Shown here in pieces: positions 45,949 to 54,798 of a stretch of DNA of 54,798 nucleotides. The position numbers and the translations under genes were made by a program. The notes under the pieces are model-generated. The model saw only the letters and a list, made by a program, of their open reading frames with translations. It was not told the origin of the DNA and ran no database searches. Numbering within the stretch: position 1 is the first letter of the stretch; every line of letters begins with the position of its first letter. The DNA is from Atractiella rhizophila (lineage: Eukaryota): the NCBI GenBank assembly GCA_021432655.1, contig MU271484.1, positions 1-54,798 of the forward strand, written 5' to 3'.

Positions 45949-47514
45949 CTAGAGTGCAGCCGCCGCCTCCAAATCGTCCGCGTTGATCTGCACAAAGATT
46001 CATCAGGTGTTGTCCTCTTCAAATGCCATAATCACGGATGATGAAAGGGAGGAGACATACCCAATCTACCCCTTCATCGATGAGCAGATTCCATACCGCA
46101 TCACCTATTGTGACATGGATTGCGTCAAGGAACGGTAACAACAGCCGTGAAAAGGACGCACGAGCACGTATCGGCCAAGTAGGGCATTCCCAATACTACA
46201 AACACTCTCAGCCTGTCTATTCGCACCTGCACCTAGAGATTTCATACTCACTCTAGCCTTTATCCCTCTTCCCTGCGCCTCTCCCACCTCCCTCCTCAAA
46301 GCTTCCAGCTGAGAATCGCTCGGCTTCCCAATCCCATTCCATCCCACATGTTGCTTCCAACTCCCACTAGCGATAGGGGACAGCTCAGGTTTATATTCTT
46401 CAGAGACATTCAGACCTCCTAAGGGTGCATCGAGGAAGTAGAATCGGGGGAGCGGGAGAGAGATTACGCCTGCGAGGTTGGTGTTTCCCGTCCCGATTAC
46501 CTTGTATAAACTAGGATCAGAGTAAGGAACAAAAAAGATGCGCGCGACGAACTGTGATAGGTCCAGGAACCAGGTCGGTCCCGTTCCATGATGTGAGATA
46601 GCCTTTGTCGAAGAGAGGTTGGAGAGCGGAGACGGCGGCGTGCATCGTCTCGTTTCCTGCAGTCTTGAGGTCGACGAGCAGTTGGAGGGTCTGACCGGAA
46701 GAGGTGTCAAACACTCCACTATCAATTAAAGATGCATCGATTCGTTATTCTTATGGATTCAAGTTGCGATGCAAGGGGAACGAACTTTAACGACTTTTGG
46801 TACAGCTCCACGGCTTGGTTGGTAGGGTTCTGTCCCGCGACCATAGATGTGAGAGGTTCGAGATATAAGGATTCGAAGGTTCGAGTGGGAGTGATGGCGG
46901 CTGGTTCGTGTGCGACCTGTGTTCCGAATGCTGATCGTATGAATATACTAAAGGTTTGAGAAAGGAAGGACCAACGTAGAGAGTGGATGAACCAGGGAGG
47001 AGCCAGACGTCCGCTTCTACCTGTTCATATATTCTCTCTCAGCATGTTAAAAGTGATGCGGTAAATGAGTGACTTACTGAGGTTGCACCATAGGAGACCG
47101 CTGTGAGGAGAGGAACTTCTCTCCAATCTACCTCACCGAATCATGACTAGGCACAGAAGTAGAAGCAGCGACAATACAATCGTTATGCGAATGGATGAAC
47201 TTTGGAATGATGTCTTGCGTGAACTGAGTGGGATAGCTCAACTTCTTCTCCCCATTCTTCTCCAACTCCTCGATCTGGCTAAAAATACCAGCCTTCGCGT
47301 TGGACAAGCGGATGAGAGAAGAGCTGAAGATGAAGCTGCCGAGCGAAAGAAGGATGAGCATGTCGGTAAGATGTGTTTCTAGGAATGAAAGCGCGAAGAG
47401 CACGAGCGCGTCGAGTGTCCTGGTGCGAGTTCTGTAGCTTGCTCGTGGGGAGGTGCTGGAGGTTACGATTGAGGGAAGAAGGGATTTATACGCCGGTGGA
47501 GAGGAGGATAGCAT
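45949..47514 (-). CDS. AIM6: AIM6-like PLC-type phosphodiesterase with N-terminal membrane anchor
   Basis: IHSHND|YW, VEADVWL, AHEPAAITPTRTFESLYLEPL, TLQLLVDLKT, VIGTGNT, FLDAPL, GIKAR|YW, GVDW|INADDLEAAAAL-stop (45949). Confidence 0.8.
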
Positions 47515-48325
47515 CCACGCGCTTCTCGTTGAGTGGGATAGACTAACGCTAACGCAAGACTTTCTTCGCTACAGTGCTGCAGAACGTGCCAAACTTCTCA
47601 GGTTCTCACGTGATCGCCTCAGCCAGATGCCCATGCACAACTGAGGCATGTCTACGTTTATTAGAGGCTTGCTCATCAATCTTAGCTCGTGAAAAGAATC
47701 GCACAGCTGCTCAGGGCCTTCTTTTGCCTCTGAGCACTTTGAGGAAGAATCTCTCGCCAACAGCCCATTGCATTGCCAGTCTCGCCGGTTCTTCCAGTAC
47801 TTCTCAAAGTTCTCTCCCAGCAGTGCTCTCAGAGTCTAATCCGTCGAAGCTTATGAAGCGGTAAAGAGTTAGGGGTTGAGCTTCCCTACCGAGAACGGTC
47901 GAGATGGTTCGAATGTTCAAGTTTCGAGTGTCCAGGTTTCGTCGAATGCTCAAGTTTCGTGGCGCCATGAGGCAAAACCAGCGTGATATGGTCACTGTCT
48001 TCTTCCTCCATCCTCTAACATAGATTTATGGGCTCTACAGGAACCACACTCGACTGCGCTAGTCCATCTCATCACTCCAACGAAACGAAACTTGTCGATC
48101 CAGCTCTCCATTCTTCCCTCTTTCCTATCTTGCCTACCTCAGTCAATTCACACGCTCCGAATCTCTTTCCTACTTCCTCAAAGGTTCGGGAATCGGGATT
48201 TTGCGTTCGTGCGGTTCAGATTATCGTCTTTCTCAATTGAGTGTCTCGAAAACGGAGTTGAAAGCAATGATGTAGCGAATCTTTGCATCACCTTGAACTG
48301 GAATGAAATCGCAGTAACCTTTAGC

Positions 48326-49669
48326 ATGAGCGACTCGCTTGCATCAGCCGATTCGAACTTTTATTCAGAGCCCTTCACTCGGACATTTCTTCTCTCACCA
48401 GAGACTCGCTCTCTAGCCATCTTCGCCCCCATCGCTATATACTCCTCTAGAGGCTTCATCTACCTTGGCGACTACACAACACCACCCACCCCATCCATCC
48501 ATGAAGACGCTGCCACCATTCAGCTTTCACTTCCCCAAACTCCAGCGGGATGCTCTTTCTCACACCTACCCATCGAGATCCTCTCTCTCATATTCGATTT
48601 TCTAGATGATCCACGCCAGTGCTCTGAGCTCTCCGACGTCTGCCAACTTTGGAGGATCACTTCAGTTCCCTATTGGGAAGAACCTCTTTCTGTTAAAGAG
48701 AAGCATGCTCGCTTGCAACGGTACCCTGGAGCTGGGCGACTGTGGACGCATCTGTGGCTTGATGAGTATGCAAGTGCTTGGAAGGTGAAAGAGGTCATCA
48801 ACGCTTCGCCGAACGTGACCATAGTGCGGTTGGATGCATTCTGGAATGAAGAGGAGGCAAACATGGTGTTGAATGCGATCTCGGGCTTGGAAGGGGTAAA
48901 GGAGGTAGTGTTTGGAATGGAGGGATTCAGAAAGTGGACGAAGGAGGAGGTGGAGAACTTTACGTGGAGGACCGGCGGGGGGATCAGAAAGCTCAAGGAG
49001 TACGGAGTGGATGATTCTTCTTCCGTCTCGACTGTCCCTTTGACAGCTGGCGGTCCACTATTTCCTAGGCTAATCCACCTAGATCTTCGAAGGTACCTTT
49101 CTTTACAATCCCTCGCCCTCCCGGCCACTCTGTTACGCTTAACTCTCGTCCATTTATGTCCCCTCCCTCCCTCCATCTCAAGATCCTCGTTACCCACTCT
49201 TCTAGAAGAACTTAGGGTCGTGCTCGCCACTCCCTCTAACAATGGAAAGGCCACCATGCTTCCCCCACCATTAGACTTAACACACCTCACGCACTTGACC
49301 ATCCTTTATCTCGATGGAGGTGAGGAAACTTCAAACCTCGTTCATCATCGGTTCTTCGGCACTCTCAGAAATGCAACGGCGATAAAATCGATCCAGCTTA
49401 TGTACTGTGTGCTTGACTTCCTCGATTTTCCAGACTTCATACGGTGGTTCTTTGGGGAGGATCGACGGGTGACAAAGTCTGATGGTGATGGGCTTAACTG
49501 GGACGAAGAGAAGTGGACGATAGGATCCACGTTAAAAGTTTTTCTATTCGTTGCAGAGTGGGACGAGGACGAGATTGAAATTTCCAGGATGACGCTGAGA
49601 GAGTTTGAGGTGCTTGAGCAAGACGCAGGGGTTTGGGAAGGGACGGAGCCCCCCGATATTATTTTCTGA
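48326..49669 (+). CDS. F-box protein with LRR-like C-terminus (lineage-expanded type)
   Basis: FSHLPIEILSLIFDFLDDPRQCSELSDVCQLWR F-box; LxxLxL repeats (LIHLDL, LLRLTL, LEELRV, LTILYL); first ATG at 48326. Confidence 0.8.
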   Translation: MSDSLASADSNFYSEPFTRTFLLSPETRSLAIFAPIAIYSSRGFIYLGDYTTPPTPSIHEDAATIQLSLPQTPAGCSFSHLPIEILSLIFDFLDDPRQCSELSDVCQLWRITSVPYWEEPLSVKEKHARLQRYPGAGRLWTHLWLDEYASAWKVKEVINASPNVTIVRLDAFWNEEEANMVLNAISGLEGVKEVVFGMEGFRKWTKEEVENFTWRTGGGIRKLKEYGVDDSSSVSTVPLTAGGPLFPRLIHLDLRRYLSLQSLALPATLLRLTLVHLCPLPPSISRSSLPTLLEELRVVLATPSNNGKATMLPPPLDLTHLTHLTILYLDGGEETSNLVHHRFFGTLRNATAIKSIQLMYCVLDFLDFPDFIRWFFGEDRRVTKSDGDGLNWDEEKWTIGSTLKVFLFVAEWDEDEIEISRMTLREFEVLEQDAGVWEGTEPPDIIF

Positions 49670-49930
49670 TGTGTCAAAGGATGTGACCGGAGAGTGGGCT
49701 CCTAGGAAGAGGTGGAGTTGTAAGTGTTGGGAGTTTCTGTGACTGGATTGTGGAAGCAGCTGCTTTCGCGGTTGGCGCGGCTGTGTCTGAGCCGTCACCC
49801 AATTTGTATGTTTCTCCCCATTGCAGAGTGCGGATGAAAAGAAATGATGGATCAAGGAGTGACAGCATTGTGGATGTTAATATTCACTCAGAAAATTTAG
49901 TACAATACAATTATAAGCAGTATATTTGAA

Positions 49931-52377
49931 TTAAAGAGCTTCGTTCAATGTTTCAGTCAACCAAGAATCAGCAAGGATCTTCCAGCCAGCCTTATCCGTA
50001 GTCGGCAAAATGACAATCCAACTCAACTTTTCCGTCTCCTTATTCGCCCTCTTATTCAACTTTTCCCTCTCCTTCTGAGCCTTCTTCTCCAATTTCTCCC
50101 TCTTCTTCAAATCCCTATTCTCTTCCGACTCCAACTTCTCCTCCACCTTCGACAGCCTCTGCTCCAACCGTCCTTGCATCCCATTGAAGTTTTGCTTGAA
50201 AAGTCGAAGCTGAAGGTCCGTCACTTTAGTTACTGTCTCCTTTCCCGCTCCTTTTCTCTTCTCGGGTAGAGGAGGGATGCTGTCGAAATCTAAAGGTTCA
50301 ACAATATCCCCAATCGCGGCCATCCTTCGCTTAGCCCAGCCGTTTGGATCCTTTGGCGCGGAGGATGAAGATGAGGACCTGATACTGTTGGCGCTGTAAA
50401 CAGAGGTCGCAGAAGAAAAAGTGCTCCTCTGGCTCCTCCTACCGCTTCCAAAACTAGAGGAGGAGGCAGTACTGAACGTGCTGTGTCTGCTCGAAGATGG
50501 GACGCTCATCACGCTTTGTCTGCTTGACGATGGAACGCTCGTCAGGCTGTGTCTGTAATATGCCTCTTCGTTTCCTTGGTCGGCATGCAAGCTCTCATTC
50601 GTACTCTGAGGAGAAACTGTGTAGCCTGCCGAGCCGCCGGCAGCGGGAGGAGGGGAAGGGGCGGCCCATTCCGGACGATAGGTGGCAGCTAGCCTATGCG
50701 AGGGAGACTTCTCCCCGAGACCGGTCAGAGGTGTGGGTAGACGACCCGCCGGATCGTTCGTGACGAAGAATTGCTGTCGCTGTTCCTCTTGGAAAGGTGG
50801 TGGAGCTTCAGACTGTGGCGTTTGCGATCGGGATTTAGTCATGAACCCGGATAAAGACTTGCGAATGGACGATTTGGAGGAGATTGAATTAGACGTCGGT
50901 GAAGTCTCACCCGTTGGGTCGTTGGTCACGAAGAATCGTTGCTGTTGACCTACGGAGGTTCTGGTCTTCGTCAGAATGGGGGAGGTTTGGGACGGAGACG
51001 GGGGGATGTGAAAGAATCCGGATGGGGATCGGGAGGATTGGGAGTAGGAGGAGGAAATGGCGGCCTTTTCACTCTTCGCATCAGTCATCACGTAGAACTG
51101 TTCTTGTTGTTGCTCCTGCCGACGCTTCTCGGATGGGAATACCGCCTTGGAGGACGATGGCTGATTTGAGCCATTTGGATATTTGGGAAGATCCGATTCA
51201 GTAATGGACAGAGGCTCCATCGCAAGATTGATGTCTTGTTCCGCAGTCGCATTCGTCCCACTTCCACTCGCGATGGGGGCTTCTTCCTCTATCCTCTCAA
51301 TCGCAATCCCACCGCCTCCAGCCTCAGATGGCGCTGTCCTCTCCTCTTCCATCGTTCCGCTTCTTGGGGAGGTGCTTGTTGCGGCACCGGTGAAGTCGAT
51401 ATTGTCATCCCACTCCTTCACCCCCAACAACTTCCGCACCTTCTTGCTCCCGACCACCTTGACCCTCAATCCTCTCTTCTCCCAATATTCCTCGTTGAGG
51501 CGCTTCAGGAAATCGTTCGTCGCTTTCGTCTGGGTGACGCGGAGGGCTGCCTGGGTTACGAGCTGGAGGGAGAAACCTACCCAAGTGAAGTGAGAAGTCA
51601 GGGCTGGGGGTTACGATGCAGGGTTAGAATAACATACCAACAAGTAAGGTGGTTGGCTCCGGGACCACGCCGAGAACGCTTGCAGCGACCTCAAGGTTGT
51701 TCACTATCCAAACGGCATACATTAGTTCCTTCTCCTCTCCTTTTGGATATGCGCGCAGAGGAGAGGGAGACGTACACGCTCCAGAAGGAGCCCAGACCTT
51801 GTTCAGACGGTCAATCATATCTGCACAATCGAACGTTAGCTCTAAGGTAAGGCTGTATGAAAGCTGAAGGGTTGTGACTAACCGATGAATTCTGTTTTGT
51901 TCACCTGAAACAGTTCCAATATGCTTGGGAAACATCTCGAGAATGGTGCCCCAAACTGTCCCCTAACAGTAGTTACGTCATATCAGTACCAAGGACGCGT
52001 TCAGGGACTGAAACCTACGTAGCCTCCGGTATAATGATAGGTCTAGTCAGTTCTGGGGGGCTCCATCCAGGCGGAGGAGCCGGAGCAGAGAGAAGGATAG
52101 GAGGAGAGTTCAACAGGTCTTGTTCTATGGCTTCCTCCACTGCTGCCGCATCGGTTGGGGAAATGAAGCCATCTGCCCATTGCTCTTCTCGTTCTGACGG
52201 TTGCCGAGCAAGACCGGAAGGGATGGGAACCGGCGGGAGAGGCCTGGTGCGGGATTGGGAGCCTGGATGAGGGTTGGACAGCGATTGGGAAGGGGAGGGT
52301 TGGTATGCTGGTAGTTCCTCCGGGACGTGCGATGTCGTGGGAGCGTCTGTGGACGTGATGGCGTCTGGGAGGATCAT
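49931..52377 (-). CDS. Uncharacterised conserved fungal protein with large disordered insertion and C-terminal coiled coil
   Basis: Multi-exon: RPIIIPEAT, GAPFSRCFPSILE, IDRLNKVW, TNDFLKRLNEEYWEKRGLRVKVV, and a K/E-rich tail ending EKLSWIVILP. Confidence 0.7.
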
Positions 52378-53882
52378 TTTTTTGCAATCTAATAGTTTTC
52401 GGTGGTTGTGGGTGGTGGTGGAAGAGCAATGGGATTTGATGACAGGATGAAAGGATTCAAATATCCTTTGCAATCCTCGCCAGTCCTTGGATTTTGACGG
52501 AATTGACGATGGAAACTTTCCGACGGGGTTTCGACTAGACCACGGCAGCTATGTAAGCCACACCTAAGGGGTAAACGAGGAGATACAACAAGCTGCGACA
52601 AGGCAGACACACGACAAGCACAAGCCGCAGTCAAAGGAATTGTTCAGTATAGGCATCAAGTGGCTATATCTGCTATATCTGTATATATGTGCATAATGTG
52701 CAAAGTGTTGATCATGACTTGGGCATTGCAGATCATTGTGAAAGTCTCTCTCGGGAATGCTAGGGTCAGCTCATGTATCGGTGTCGTATCAGCGGTTGAA
52801 GACTAGAGAGCATGCTTCGATTCGACGGCAAACAAAACAACAGCGCCATCATACCATCATACCATCATGGGGAGGACACATGCAATATTGGAAGGACGAT
52901 TGTTGCAGCGCGGAGAAACAAAGTTCTGGCTCCACTCCGGCAATTCCAAACTTATCAACATGTTATTTCCTCCAGTTCGAGTGTGCGAGTGTGAACTTGT
53001 ACTCGACTTGATCAGAATCAACGCTAATACGCCCAATTCGAACCAAGATCTTCTGCCGAATACAAACTCCATTCCCGCATGATCCGGTTCGTGAATCACT
53101 GTGCTGTAACACTTTGTTTTCCTTGCATTCCCCATATTACTTTTACGAAGAGTAACTTGATGAGGATCGAGCAGAAATTTGACTTTCTGCCTCCTTCTAG
53201 CTCTCATAGAGCTTTAGGATTCCATCCATCCTTGCTGTTACTCTCCCATTTCAATTGTGGATGCAGCGCATGAACTAGATTGCCCTAATATTCACTTTTG
53301 ATCTTTCCAACAGCCCAAAAACAATGAATTTCTTCATGAACAGTTGAAAGATTTGTTAACCACCTCTCACTGTGGTACACAGTTGAAGTCTGGGCACCAG
53401 TAGCCTTGTTTGCTGTGGGTCTGTTGGAGTGGACAGCGTAAAACCATCGCTTCAAAACTAGCCACTTGCGCATCAGGTCACAGAACTTCTGCTGCTGAAC
53501 CACTCAGCCTTCAAAGGCTTCAAACAGCACGAAAAATCCTGACACGATGACGCAAAAGCGACATGCTAACTGCGAAAACGAATTAAGCTCAACGAACGCA
53601 CCAGAGTACGATACCAGAGTACGATGTCAGTCAGACGCAATATCTTCGCGCCTTCTCAGAGAGTGATCGTCGTCCGAGTCTGGCGAACTGCAGAGAGCTT
53701 CATAAATGACAATGTTTCTCAAAATCAAAAGGAGAAGTGGGTCGTCTTGCTCACGTGATGCAGCAGACGTTTGGGGCTTCCACGTCCACGACATGCTGAG
53801 GGGCCTGCAAGATCCCCCTCCGAAATCGGGAAAATCGCGTGTCCACCTTCTCCTCAGACTCCTGTGCTGCCTCATCCTCACG

Positions 53883-54798
53883 ATGTCTTCGCTGCCCATC
53901 TCCCCCTCGACCCTCGTGTCCTTCATTCTCTCAGCGCTCCTCATAGGCGGCACCATCTGGCTCTTCCGGTCCTCGCCCAGCATTTCATCTTCTGGTGCGA
54001 AGGGGAAGAAAAAGCGACAAGCACTCAAATCGAAAGTGGGCGCGAAAGGCAAGGGCGGAGGGAGTGGGATAGGTGCGTTCGATAACATATTCGAGGCGGA
54101 AGATGGAGCGGGGAGTGGGTCGGGTGTGGAAGGAAGAAGAAATGAGAGAAGGAGAAGAAGGAGAAGAAGGAGAAACGTCCCCCGTCTCCTCTCCCAGCTC
54201 CCCAAATCATCGCCCCAGCCTCTTCTACCCCCCAAACTACAGCTACGACAACCCGGAAAGCTCCAAAGAAAGCCTCTTCGTCCCGTGATCCCACTTCCGA
54301 CATGCTCCTCTCCGTCTCCTATTCCGACGACGACGAATCTCCCTCCTCCACCGCCTCCAAATCGGGGCCGTCTCCCAAAGCCAGCGTGAAGGGAAAGAAA
54401 GGGAAGAAGGCAACCTCACCCTCTACCACGCTCCAAGTGCCCGCGGCAGGCCCCGCGACGGCTCCGTCGAAGGTCGAGGGAACGAGCAGCGCTGGGGAGT
54501 GGGATGGGACGGAGGAGGAGACGGAGGGAGGATGGAGTAAGGTTCCGGATCGGAAGACGAGGACTCCTACACCCACTCCTGGCCTAACATCCAGTGCTTC
54601 GGCGTCTGAAAGTAAGTTAATTCCACCAGCACCTTCCTTTCTTGAAACTCAGTATTGATTGGTTTGTGTTCTTGTAGTACGCTCTTCTATCCCTGGACTG
54701 CCGGTGGAGCAGACGAAGAAGCAGCGCCAGAACGCGGCGAAGAGGGAGGCGGAGAAGGAGCGAAAAGCGGCGGCGGAGGAGGAGAGGGTCAAGACTCT
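53883..54798 (+). CDS. Uncharacterised N-terminally membrane-anchored protein (continues beyond the window)
   Basis: MSSLPISPSTLVSFILSALLIGGTIWLF TM segment, Lys-rich stretch, GGWSKVP, then after an intron EQTKKQRQNAAKREAEK. Frame change near 54146. Confidence 0.65.

Noticed and set aside
53600..53625. 13-bp direct repeat ACCAGAGTACGAT x2
   Set aside because: Simple local slippage duplication or possible excision footprint; no further support for a function.
1355..54160. Programmed frameshifting or RNA editing as a common explanation for the five frame breaks (1362, 5364, 35960, 39093, 54146)
   Set aside because: The shifts go in both directions, share no slippery motif and mostly lie in homopolymer or short-repeat contexts, in a draft assembly with N gaps. 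Consensus errors are far more parsimonious.

Overview
Eukaryotic, intron-rich genomic DNA (short ~45-70 nt GT-AG introns, micro-exons) from a basidiomycete fungus. Pucciniomycotina affinity is an inference from gene content only. About 20 protein-coding loci, in order: USO1/p115 tether (5' part), PLP-dependent aromatic amino-acid decarboxylase, ferric reductase divergent from a YTP1/cytochrome b561-type membrane protein, RRM + CCHC zinc-knuckle RNA-binding protein with a tandemly duplicated 3' end, degenerate NADAR protein, sugar-porter MFS transporter, pseudo-NDK protein with a basic repeat tail, two small hypothetical proteins, SAD1/USP39 head-to-head with MLH1, a putative GPI-anchored Cys protein, a NYN/PIN-like nuclease, a heparinase II/III-like lyase (broken by two N gaps), two F-box proteins, an AIM6-like PLC-type phosphodiesterase and two uncharacterised proteins. 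Five otherwise intact genes each need a single-base frame correction, most likely assembly errors. Main leads: a long RRM intron with a candidate unproductive acceptor; the catalytically dead NDK plus repeat protein and its 924-nt intron; a decarboxylase-reductase-cytochrome b561 trio; and a structured, apparently spliced but non-coding unit near 41.3-42.6 kb. No rRNA, tRNA or CRISPR was seen. All exon boundaries were read by eye.
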